A DNA stretch of 64,000 nt, taken from assembly GCA_051294375.1 (NCBI GenBank), contig CM119267.1:9139709-9203708 (forward strand), in the 5' to 3' direction. Below, in pieces: positions 1 through 11,344 of the stretch (position 1 is its first letter; the number at the start of each line of letters is the position of its first letter). The notes beneath the pieces were generated by a model. That model was not told the DNA's origin and did no database searches. It saw nothing but the letters and a program-made list of their open reading frames with translations. This DNA is from Paraspadella gotoi (taxonomy: Eukaryota > Animalia > Chaetognatha). The position numbers and the translations under genes were made by a program.

Positions 1-87
1 TATAGCATCAATCATTCTTTTTTTTTCCGGATTTTTTTATTAATTTTCTTTGATAGTAACGTCTAGTGCGATCATTATATAAGATTA
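1..87 (+). mobile_element. 3' end of the same HINE-like element, truncated by the window edge
   Basis: attaattttctttgatagtaacgtctagtgcgatcattatataagatt matches 27901-27950 and 60188-60238. Confidence 0.6.
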
Positions 88-136
88 TTGTGCTTAAGGA
101 CATCTCGCTCTGAACTTATTACTCGTTTCAACGCAG

Positions 137-1291
137 GTTGACTTTGCCAAGGGGGACAGGAAGACTCCTTACGAAATGAAGGCCCAAGAATTGGAAGAGG
201 AATCCCCCGGACTCGATGGACGTAGAAGTTCCCGCCATCGTCACCATCATCATCACCATCATCGTCATGGTCACGATCATCGCCATCATCATCATGAACA
301 TCATCGCTCGCGCAGTGACGATCGGATCGATCGTAATCGTCATCGTCATCACAGCCACGGTCGTCATCATCACCATCACCACAACCACCATCGCAGCAGT
401 GATACTCCTGAACGCACCGACCACCATCATCACCATCATCACCACCGCGACGGAATTGATGGCGACGAAAGTCGCCGCCGTTCACGCGATCAACGACGTC
501 GTCGTCGCAGTCAGCGTCGTCGTTCGACTCGCCCTCACTCTCAGAGCTCGTCCGAGAAGGAGGAAGATGAGAGAACTGATCGTAGGCGGAGGAAGGCGAG
601 CTCGAGCTCTTCCTCGGAAGAGAAAGGTAAAGTGATTCCTTGAGAAAGGGGCCTCCCGGTTCCCGCTCAATTTTGATAAGGGAATCGGAAATTTCGGAAA
701 GCTCAAGTAGAAAGATTTCGAAAAAATGCCCGGGCTTAAAAGGGATAGAAAAGCTAACGATATCGTCAAAAAGGTGCCCATCTTAACGATCAAAAAAAGG
801 GGAAAAAAAGACGCCAAGACCTAATGGTTGCAAAAGAATAAAGATTCGTTTGATCTAAAGAGTAAATTAAAGGTTTCCTAAGGAAGCGCGGGTTGACATT
901 GAACAGGTAGACGGATGATGGCATTGTGGGACAAATCGACGGATACTTTCTCCCTTGTCGAATCACATCCTGATACTTGTGATATCTTTCTTTTTTTTTT
1001 CCGATAGAAAACGGGAGGAGTCCGTCGTCGGGGTCATTTGATGACCAGAAAAGGGGATCTCGCGGGTTTCGACGCCCCAAAAGAAATCTCTCCTTGACAC
1101 CGCCTAGAATTTCGCAATCCTCTTCGTTCTCCTGCGACAAATGGCGCCGTTCTTCCTCCGACGCGGCCAAGTCTCATTCCGGGTCTCAGCGAAGCGTGGA
1201 GAGTGGCCTCGACGAAGGAGCCAGTCTCAACGGAAACGTCGGCGACGCAGCATCGAGAGAGCCCACTCCCCCCGGCGATTCTCCGCCTTGA
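137..1291 (+). CDS. SRSF10: SRSF10/SRSF12-like SR splicing factor, 3' exons (137-626 and 1008-1291); RRM exons lie upstream of the window
   Basis: After acceptor tttcaacgcag(136) the frame reads VDFAKGDRKTPYEMKAQE, matching the end of the SRSF10 RRM (IQFAQGDRKTPNQMKAKE), followed by an RS/His-rich domain. A phase-1 donor AAAG|gtaaag (627) joins in frame to acceptor ttttttccgatag(1007), giving ENGRSPSSGS...GDSPP*. Without splicing the frame stops at 643. Confidence 0.75.
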
Positions 1292-1500
1292 ACGTGGACG
1301 AGAATTTTCTTTAGCTTTAATGAATAATGATTTTTCCTTGTTTTCCTTTTACCCGACGCTACGCAGAAAATATTTTTGCGTTCAGCACTCTTCCCCTCTA
1401 TTTAGTTTCGTTTCGCGTTTTGTTCGGTTCTTTTAGCGATTCTTTTTTCTTTTATATTAAGTAGCTCTCCAATGATCGCGAATCTTGTCGCCAATAGTCT

Positions 1501-2139
1501 ATGGCAGCGGCGACTAAACAGAGCGAGAAGAAACAAGGAAGTTCGCCCGGGCCAAATCCTTTAAAACTGAGCAAGAGTGATTGTGTCTACACAAAATGCT
1601 ACTGCGAAGAAAACATTTGGAAACTTTGCGAGCTCGTTCGAAACTCGCGAGACGCGGCGCTCTTAAAATCGTGCAATGCTGTTTTCATCTCCAACAAAAC
1701 GCGGTCGATCCCAATCTGGCATCAACAATCCAGTGCGAATCCTCCCGTCCAACCGGTAGTATGGGATTACCACGTTATACTGGTGTTTGCCGATGGTCGG
1801 AATTCCTGCGTCTACGACTTGGACTCGGTGTTGCCCTTCCCAACCCCTTTCCCCGACTATCTTGCTCTCGGATTTAGAGACGACGATCTCATGAAACCAA
1901 ATTACAAACGAGTTTTTCGCGTTATCGAAGCGACAGAGTACTTGGACAAATTTGCCTCCGATCGATCGCACATGAAAAGGAAAGACGGAACGTTTAAAAT
2001 GCCTCCTCCAAGCTATCCCTGCTTGGCGGCGAGAGACGGGAATAAAAACAACATTCAGGAATTTATCAACATGGAAACCAACTTTTGCGGAAAAGTGATG
2101 GATATTCGCGATTTTGGCAGCCATTTTTTAGTTGCTTAA
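1501..2139 (+). CDS. NTAQ1: Protein N-terminal glutamine amidohydrolase (NTAQ1/WDYHV1), intronless
   Basis: Motifs YTKCYCEENIWKLC, WDYHVI, VYDLDSVLPFP and FASDRSHM. Confidence 0.95.
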   Translation: MAAATKQSEKKQGSSPGPNPLKLSKSDCVYTKCYCEENIWKLCELVRNSRDAALLKSCNAVFISNKTRSIPIWHQQSSANPPVQPVVWDYHVILVFADGRNSCVYDLDSVLPFPTPFPDYLALGFRDDDLMKPNYKRVFRVIEATEYLDKFASDRSHMKRKDGTFKMPPPSYPCLAARDGNKNNIQEFINMETNFCGKVMDIRDFGSHFLVA

Positions 2140-2194
2140 CTGTTTTTGTTTTTATTTTTTTAGGGGTTATTCTTGACCAAGGAAACTTTCTAAT

Positions 2195-3190
2195 ATGGCA
2201 ACGTCGATGCGAAACGTTGTGTCCTTGTATCAGAATTTAAAGCAAGAATGGAATAAAAAACCCCCGAACTTAGATCGGTGCGGAGAGTACTTGTCTGAAC
2301 TGAAAATCGCTCTTACCGGGTTGACTTTTTTGCCTTCCAACGATGAAAACGCCACTAAGCAAGAGTTGTTGATCGCTCGAGACATACTAGAAACGGGCGC
2401 TCTATACTCGGTCGCAAAGCATGAAATACCGTCGTTTGAACGCTATGTGGTTCAACTCAAAAGCTATTATCTCGACTACAAGATCGATCTCCCCGAGAGT
2501 CCTTACAAATACCAGTTGTTGGGGCTCAACCTGCTTAGTCTCTTGAGTCAAAACAGGTTTCTGAAGTTTTATGATTCGAGTTAAATTGCAATATTCCCGC
2601 AATTTCTCTTTTTTTCCATCCGAACTGATTTTTTGATTAATCATATATATATATATATTATATAGGTTGGCCGAGTTCCACACTGAATTGGAACTTCTTC
2701 CAGTAAAGGAAATTCAAAACAATATTTATTTGAAACATCCCGTATCTATGGAGCAGTATCTTATGGAAGGAAGTTACAATAAGGTCTTTTTGGCGAAAGG
2801 AAATGTTCCGGCGGAAAGTTACATCTTTTTTGTGGACATTCTGTTGGGCACCATCAGGTACTGGCTTCGGATTATCCGTCATCAGCCAATCATAATATCA
2901 CGATTTGACACCAATTCGACTTTATTTCCAGAGACGAAATCGCCTCTTGCATAGAATCGTCGTACGAAAGATTAGCCGTTTCGGCGGCGATGCGAAAGCT
3001 TTTCTTCGATTCGGAGCGAGCGATGAAGAACTACGCCTTGAATGAGCGAAAGTGGAAACTCGACTCCATCGCGCCGCACGGTCCTTTTTTCGTTTTTCCT
3101 AAGGAGGAAAGACGCGACGAGACGATTCCCTCGGCGGAATTGGCGCAGCGAACCATTCAATACGCGCGAGAACTCGAAATGATCGTTTGA
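2195..3190 (+). CDS. PSMD8: 26S proteasome lid subunit Rpn12 (exons 2195-2556, 2666-2857, 2932-3190)
   Basis: [38 protein letters not shown]|[21 protein letters not shown] and C-terminal YARELEMIV; two GT-AG introns restore the frame. Confidence 0.95.
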
Positions 3191-3344
3191 GAGAACGATT
3201 TTTTTCAAAAAAATTTCATTCCCGCACCTCGTTTTTACTTTATTTCCGAGAGAATGTACGTTTTAGCACTTAGTAGTATATATTCACTATGTACTTTGAT
3301 CCAGTTGACAGTCGCTTAATGGAACTTACTTAACCTGACCCGAT

Positions 3345-6300
3345 ATGGCCGCCCGTGTAGTCAGCAAAAATCGTCGTGCTACTTTGGAGCGTATCGAGAA
3401 GTTCATCTCGCCGATTTACTTTGCCGACGTGAACCTCTTCGGACGACTTTATCCGAAATCCGAGGCCAAAGCAATCCTAGCCGTTGATCACTACGCGGCC
3501 ACGGGTCGAATCGGCTTCGAGGACCTCCAAGGCGTCGAGTGGATTCATGTTGAGGATGAATTGGAGGGGAAGGACTTTGGGCCAACTTGGTCCACTCATT
3601 GGTTCCGGTAGCGTTTGTTTGGCCTATTAAAATTATTAATGCCTTTAATTTTATTATAAACGAATATTGAGGAAAAAGAAGTTTTTTGTTTTTTTTGTTA
3701 CAAACAACGATTTATTTGTACATATTCGGACATGTTTCGACTCTAGTTTGAGCCTTCATCAGCACTTTGAGATTTGAGAAATATTGGGAGATAAAGGTAA
3801 TAAAGAAAGAATTATTATTAGAAAACGGATATCAATGAATAAACGGACCCATCGTTACCTTATACCTTATAGGTCCTTCTTGTAGAGGGTACTTAGGTCC
3901 ATGTACAACCTATCTATCTATCTCTATCTTTCTTTATTACCTTTATCTCCAAATTATTCACAAAAGTCAAAGCGCTAATGAAGGCTCGAACTAGAGTCGA
4001 AACATGTCCGAATATGTGCAAATAAATCGTTGTTTGTAACAAAAATAAAAACTTTTTTTTTCTCTAAATTCCAAATCACAAAGAAAGAAAAAAATATAAT
4101 CTTTTTTCCTAATTAGAATTGATATTCGTCTGCCCTCGTCTTGGAACGGATGCTGCGTCGTCTTTCGTTGGAATTCTGGCTGCGAGGCGATGGTTTGGGA
4201 TGCTGCCGGGAACCCAGTCTTGGGTTTGAGCGAAAAGAATACGGAATTCATCCTGAGCCAGCGTCTGACCCCGGATGATTCCGAGCGCGTTCTCTTTTTT
4301 GAGATGGCGTGCAACACTCTCTTCGGGGCCGGGAAAGACGGATTCATAAATGCCCCCGATCCGGATCGTCGCTTCATAGTCGCTAGGTGCGATGCGGTCG
4401 TCAAGGACCTCGACGTCAACGCTCTTCTATTAGATTTGACTTTGTTACTGGAAATAGTGCGATGTTCCGAGGAAAAAGACGAGATTGGAATGGAGGCCTT
4501 ATACGCCGGAAACGAAATAATCAACGTCGTGTTGCGGCAAGACTTTTCCCTTCCTTCTCTAGCTAAGGCTCACGCGATGGCGACGGAATTCTTCGGTGGT
4601 GCTTCTTGCGAAGAACTCCACGCCCACCGCATTCACGCCGTCGGCAACTGCCATATCGACACCGCCTGGCTCTGGCCCTATCAAGAGACGGAACGTAAAG
4701 CGGGACGAAGTTTTGCCTCGGCCGTGCACTTAATGAGCAGACACCCGCGCTTCAAGTTTGTCGCGTCTCAGGCAGTGCAGCTGAAATGGGTTAAGACGCG
4801 ATATCCAAAGCTCTTCGAACGAATTAAGAGATTTAACGCGGAGGGACGATTCGTTCCCGTCGGCGGGACTTGGGTCGAGATGGATGGTAACCTCCCCTCG
4901 GGGGAATCCTTCTGTCGTCAATTTATGTACGGGCAGCGCTTCTTTGAACGGGAATTTGGCCATCGGTGTAAAGAATTTTGGCTCCCCGACACGTTCGGTT
5001 ACTCGGCCCAGCTGCCCCAAATAATGCGCATGGCAGAAATAAATCGATTTCTCTCGCAAAAGCTGAGCTGGTCACTCGTTAACAAATTTCCCCACAGTTC
5101 GTTTGTGTGGGAGGGCATCGACGGCTCCGATGTTTTGGCCCACTTTCCACCAGGGGACTCGTATGAGATGCGAGGAGAAACGAAGGAGTTGCTCAAAACA
5201 GTAGCCAACAATTCGGATAAGGGTCGAGTGAAAGACAGTTTGTATCTCTACGGTCACGGTGACGGGGGCGGCGGCCCCACGGAGGAGATGCTCGAACGCT
5301 TAGATCGACTAGCGGCTGTTCCTGCGCTCCCTTTTCGAGTTAACCTTTCGACTCCCGAAGAGTTTTTCTTTTGCCTTGAAAAGTCTCGCTCAAAGTTGTG
5401 CCGATGGACGGGAGAATTATATCTTGAACTTCATCAAGGCACTTTCACTACTCAAGCTATGACGAAAAGGCGAAACCGTCAACTAGAAAATCGGCTCCGT
5501 GAGGCCGAGTTCGTCGCCACTTGCGCTTACCTAGCAGCACGCTCGGCCTCAAGCGCTCCATCGCCTTATCCCCAGGACGATCTTGAAGCGGCTTGGAAAA
5601 TAGTTCTTTTAAATCAGTTTCACGACGTTTTGCCTGGAAGCTCCATTGGCCAAGTCTACACGGACGCGATGAAGTTGTACGACGAGGCTGAGGAGATTTG
5701 CGATCGCGTCGTGGGAAATGGTTTAGCCAGCCTCGTACGAGACGCAGAACTTGATATTTCCGGCTCTACTCTATTTGTGTTTAACCCTACGAGTTTTCGA
5801 AGACGTCAAGTCGTACCCATGACGCCAGATCTCGCGTCAAAACTGTCACTGAACCACGCTGACTCCAGTGGCACAGATGCGGCGCCCATCGAGAGATTGG
5901 ACACAGTATCCGAAACTAAACGTTCCCGAATCTCCTTCGCTGAATTGGAACCTCAGCAAGTCGTCAGCGGGGCGGGATTGATATTGGTCGCCGTGGACCC
6001 ATTCAGTCTAAAAGAGATTTCCACCTTCGAGACGGAGTTCAAACCCGTTTTCATGTCGAGAAATGACGATGAAGATTTTGTATTAACCAACGGACTCGTC
6101 ACTGCTGTCGTCACTCGTTACGGTCTCCTCAAATCTATGCGCTTACGCGGCAAAGACAAAGACGCCATTCTTGAGGGCCGACAAGGAAATGAGCTGCTAA
6201 TGTATGACGACGTCCCGCTGTATTGGGACGCATGGGATGTTATGGATTATCACTTAGAAACCGAGAAGATCATCGATTCGTCCCACGCAACTTTCGTCAT

Positions 6301-7135
6301 ATTGTGCCAGGGTCCGTTGCGGGCCGCCGTGAGATTCTCCTATCAATTGTCGGAAAATTCCCACCTTTCCCAGGTCATCAGTCTCGACGCTGAAAGTCCT
6401 TACGTCAAGTTTGATACCAAAGTGCACTGGGCGGAGAACAGAAAGTTTCTCAAGGTCCGCTTTCCGCTGAACGTCCGTTCTTTCGCCGCTACTTACGAAA
6501 TTCAGTATGGGCACTTACAACGCTCGACCACACCAAATACGTCGTGGGATTGGGCTAAATACGAAGTGTGCGGTCATCGATTTGCCGATCTCTCCGAACA
6601 CGGATTTGGCGTCTCTTTGCTGAACGACTCCAAATATGGACACTCGGTTCTCGCAGGAAACGTTTTACATCTTTCTCTTCTCAGAGCTCCTAAGGCTCCC
6701 GACCCAGACGCGGACATGGGCGTGCACAACTTCAGCTACGCGTTGATGCCGCACGCCGGGGATTTTCAATCGGCCGGCGTCGTTTCCGCCGCTTATGCGT
6801 TCAACTCCCCAATGCGCGTCTTAACGGTTCCATCTCTTGTGGACGGGATTTACGACGGATCTTTGTTCTCCGTCTCGCCGGAAGCCGTTGTTATCGACTG
6901 CGTCAAGAAAAGCGACTTTTGCGACGGAATTTTGCTGAGGCTCTACGAAAGTTTCGGGTCTACAGTGGAGGCGACGATCAAGATCAACGCCACAGTCTCG
7001 GTTTCGGCCATTAAATGCGTGAACTTGTTGGAATCGCAAATTGAGGACCAGTCCTTGCGCCTTAACTCTCCAAATTCTTTTTCGCTCAAGTTTAATCCTT
7101 TCAAAGTCAAGACTGTGATACTTATTATTATTTGA
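3345..7135 (+). CDS. MAN2C1: Cytosolic alpha-mannosidase, GH38 (exons 3345-3607, 4117-7135)
   Basis: N-terminal ATLERIEKFISPIYFADVNL, FGPTWSTHWFR|IDI, HIDTAWLWP, FWLPDTFGYSAQLPQI, LNQFHDVLPGS and WDWAKYEVCGH. Confidence 0.95.
3729..3762 (-). ncRNA. Minimal type I hammerhead ribozyme motif (intact core)
   Basis: The reverse complement reads CUGAUGA A GGCUC AAACUA GAGUC GAAA CAU GUC: conserved core boxes, a 5-bp helix II, a palindromic ACAUGU helix III and a GUC cleavage triplet. Confidence 0.8.
3975..4008 (+). ncRNA. Hammerhead ribozyme motif, core-mutated copy (CUAAUGA, G5A)
   Basis: ctaatga-a-ggctc-gaacta-gagtc-gaaa-catgtc, followed by AATAAA at 4021. Confidence 0.7.
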
Positions 7136-7253
7136 CTCTTATTTAATGCTTGGTGTTTGATTTTTTCGTTTATAATTAATGAACTAATTATCTTTTAGTC
7201 ATATCAGAAAGCCACGACATGATTTGACCCCTAGAGAAAGGCGCACCGCCGTT

Positions 7254-9914
7254 ATGTCGCGTTGGCGTTACGTTAAGCGGGGTGGAGCGTTGGTGGCGGT
7301 AGGCGTAACCGGATTTGGCGCTTACGCTGGATATAACGTGCTGCGCTTGCGTCAAGCCGCGGATGCCGGATTCGTAGTGCGCGCCGACGACTGCGGCTGC
7401 GGCCTGGGACCTCGCCTGGAAAAGTTTCCGACCCGCGCCGCTCAGTTGCGTCGCTTGACCGAGGAAGAGTTTGACGTGGTGGTCATCGGCGGCGGAGCCA
7501 CTGGAGCCGGAGTTGCTTTAGACGCGCAAACGAGAGGTACGTCGAGTTTTCCTTTTTTTCCTTTTTTTTTTTTGAAGAGGTTTTTATTTTAGTTTAATTG
7601 ACGTAATTTATGTCAGGACTGAAAACGGCGTTAATCGAGAGAAACGATTTCGCTTCCGGAACGAGCAGTCGAAGCACGAAGTTGATTCATGGGGGAGTGA
7701 GATATTTGCAGGTGAAACGACCTTCTAACTTCATGTCACTCGAACTTTTTTTAAGTTGAAGAAAATCATGCATTTTCAGAAAGCTGTGATGGGTCTCGAT
7801 AAAGGACAATACGACATGGTCAAAGAGGCGTTGCAAGAAAGAGCCAATCTGATTTCTATCGCGCCTCATCTCGCTTATCCCTTACCCATTATGCTGCCCG
7901 TTTACTCTTGGTGGAAGATTCCTTATTATTGGGCGGGGATAAAAGCCTATGATCTTGTGGCGGGTGGACAGCTTCTGAAATGGTCTTACTTTTTGGGGAA
8001 AGACAAAGCTTTAGATAAATTTCCCATGTTAAAGAGAGAATGTCTTTCTGGAGCGTTAGTTTATTTTGACGGACAGCATGACGATGCCCGAATGTGCCTC
8101 ACTATAGCCCTTACAGGTTAGTCATTTTTAGAATGTGGATTTGGAACAATGTCTATTGATAATTTGACTTTCTTTAATTTATAAAGCTGCACGATTCGGT
8201 TCCACCATCGCTAACCACACGGAGGTAGAAAGACTCATCAAAAAGAAAGGAGGTTGCGTTGCCGGTGTGGAGTGTCGTGACAACTTAACTGGCGAAACTT
8301 TTAAAATTCGTGCCAAAAGTGTAATCAACGCTACGGGTCCTTTTACTGGTATGTGAAATCGTTATAATTTTATTATTATATTTTAAAGCTATTCTTTTTT
8401 ATGAAAATTTCAGACGGGATACGGATTATGGACAATCCTAAAGCAAAACCAATTTGTCAACCTTCGGCTGGAGTGCACATCGTTTTACCTGATTATTACA
8501 GTCCATCAGAGATGGGTCTTATTGACCCGAATACTTCTGACGGTCGAGTAATTTTCTTTCTTCCCTGGATGAACTACACGATTGCTGGAACTACCGATAG
8601 CCCTTGCCCCGTGACCGCCGAGCCAGAGCCCACTGAACAGGTTACTTTTTCTCGATATTTTACTTTTCAATTCAAATACGAAATAACATTTTATCTATTA
8701 TTAATGTAAAATCTTCAAAATAAAAATATGGAATATAATTTAGTGATTGTTCGTGCATTTATTTTATAGGACGTCGAGTTTATATTGAACGAGATAAAAA
8801 AGTACTTGAATCAAGATATCACTGTTCGCCGCGGTGACGTGACGTCTTGTTGGAGTGGGATCCGGCCTTTGGTCAGCGACCCCAACAAGGCGGATACCCA
8901 ATCCCTCGCCCGCAACCACATCATCCACGTAAGCGACAGCAACCTGGTTACAATTGCCGGTGGAAAGTGGACGACGTACCGGGCCATGGCAATGGAGGCC
9001 GTCGACGCCGCTATTAAATACGTACCAGATCTTCAGCCCGAATACATGCAATCGCAGACTCTTGGATTGATGCTCGAGGGGGCAGAGAAATGGACTCCCA
9101 CGATGCATATTCGTCTTGTACAAGATTTCGGGATGGATACCTTCGTTGCTGAGCACTTAGCCAGTACATATGGCGACAAAGTAATATTTAACAAATAATT
9201 TTTTTTTTTTTTTTAAATTTTAAAACCAACTAATTGTTTTATATTCGTTTGAAGGCTTTTAATGTCGCCAAACTGGCCGGTGTCACGGGGAAACGTTGGC
9301 CTGTTCACGGCATTAGGCTTCATGAAGAATTTCCTTATTTGGAGGGTGAAGTTCGCTACGCCTGCAAAGCGGAATATGCTCAAACTGCCGTGGACGTCAT
9401 CGCTCGTCGAACGCGCCTGTCCTTTCTCAACGTTAACGCGGCCAAGGAGGCACTACCGCGTATCCTTGACATAATGCAAGAAGAGCTAAAATGGCCACCG
9501 GAAAGGCGTAAAAAGGAAGAAGAATTGGCAGACAAATTCCTCCGAGTTCAAATGGGCATCGATCTAAAGAAGAGCTCAGAAAAGGCCCCTATTCAATTTA
9601 CGGCCGAAGAAATCAACGCCTTATCGGAAAGGTTCCGTGGGCTGGACACGAACAACAAAGGCTACATCGTGGCCAAGGATCTGGTAAACCACATGAAGGG
9701 TATCGGGCAAAAAGTCACCGAGGAGCAAATGCACACGATCCTTGACGACGTCGACATCAACAGGAATGGTCAGATAGAATTAGGCGAATTTTTGCATTTT
9801 ATGTCCTCCTTTAAGCACGGGAGAGTATCCAGCAGTGCCTTCGCCGTCGCCGCTGGTTTGGATGTCAAAGCAAAAAACAAATTTGATCCAGACAGAAGCG
9901 GTGGCGGAATATGA
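7254..9914 (+). CDS. GPD2: Mitochondrial FAD-dependent glycerol-3-phosphate dehydrogenase with C-terminal EF hands (multi-exon)
   Basis: [69 protein letters not shown] hand [13 protein letters not shown] and terminal DRSGGG. Confidence 0.95.
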
Positions 9915-11344
9915 ATATTCTCATGCAATCTACATAGATCTATTTTTCTCAAAAATACTATTTATATTGAGGTTTTTTTACGTACTAACATACGTTTTGA
10001 TTACTAACTCATGTTTTTATTGGAATAAAATGACTTTATATTGGTTGAAATGGTTATATCGAAGCTGTAATTTTTTTTAGATGAAAATTAAATGCCATGA
10101 TGGAAAAAAAATTGCCGCGGTAACTTTCTATATATTTTTTGGCATTTCACTGTAAGAATTGAAACATAAAATTTAAATATCAATAAATTTTGTCTTCTTA
10201 TAATTCATATGAGCTGTTATTGTTAATATTATATCTCAGACATGATGTTTTTTGTTAGATTTAAGGCAAAAGATAGTCCTTGGCAAGCAGTGAAAAAGAT
10301 TGATCCTCTATTAAGTAAACTAGGTTTGCGTTGTTGCTGTATAACTTTAACAAAATTTTTGATTTTTTTTTTTTTTTTTTATTTATTTGATATTTGGTTC
10401 TGATAATATGTCCAGAAGTAAATAAAAAATAATAATTTTGTTCACAAAAAAGTTGCCCGGAGCCTTATAACTTTTATTGATACTTTATAATATAAAGAAA
10501 ATATTCTGGAGCATCAATGTATTTTTAATACTGATCTTTTTTTAATATTTAAATTAATATTCATCCCTGAATCTATCTCAATGGAGATGATGCAATAACC
10601 ATTTAACATGAGACTGTACAAAGGCAGGACTTTAATTCAAAAAGTAATAAAAAAAAAAACTGGATATTAATATAAACCAAAAAATAAAAATGAAAAGATA
10701 AAAAGAAAAAAATATATTTTTGGACAACTAATTTTCTTTTGTATGGAACTCGTTTTTTTATCATATATAATTCATACACAGATCATATGAATCACAAGAG
10801 GTCAAAGTTTTTCAATATTTAAATTTTATTTTTTGATTACATCATATATATATATATATAAATATCTGGAAAGTTACCACAACATTTTTTTTTCATCATG
10901 GTATGTTATTGCAGCTCACATAAATAAAAGAGTAAGCGAGGCTGCTAAAATTATGTATTTTAACTCACAAATGATTGTATTGATTTTTGAAAAATTACAG
11001 TTCTCAATAACCTTCAGATAGTTGCGAAGGGGATCCAAAGAATTTTTGTCTATCATCACTTTAGCCATTAGCATTGGTTGGTTTTTATTTTTTTGTGTTT
11101 CGGTTTGGGTCACGTCTTCGTCTTCTAATTCGTAAAAGATGTTAAGATTTAACAGAACTGCTCATCACCCCTTTAAAATTTTATTATGTAGTTAGCAGTT
11201 ATTACTTTTTCGCGTGGGGGGGCACATTTTTACTAGTCTGATTGTTTTTATTTGGAGGTTGTTGGACCGTTTTGGTCATTATTATTGAATTTTAATGCAG
11301 ATTTTATTTCTGGAGACAAATATGCTGGTCCCAAAACTGGGAAA

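Larger units (their letters stand above)
3679..4056. mobile_element. Palindromic non-autonomous element (arms ~3679-3810 and ~3927-4056) with Penelope-type hammerhead ribozyme motifs, in MAN2C1 intron 1
   Basis: The ~130-nt arms are near reverse complements. The left arm on the - strand reads CTGATGA-A-GGCTC-aaacta-GAGTC-GAAA-catGTC; the right arm on + has the same motif but with CTAATGA. Confidence 0.85.

Noticed and set aside
75-635. Alternative-frame ORFs (poly-Met/Val, poly-Ile/Thr, poly-Asp)
   Set aside because: By-products of the stop-free CAY/CGY repeats encoding the His/Arg domain; only the 176 frame connects to an SRSF10 motif.
2860-2888. CTGATGA-c-GGA-taa-TCC-GAAG on the - strand in PSMD8 intron 2
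   Set aside because: It has GAAG instead of GAAA, no helix III/NUH and a 3-nt loop; likely chance.
10585-10615. SECIS-like AUGA...AA...GA
   Set aside because: The spacing is too short and there is no upstream in-frame UGA selenoprotein.
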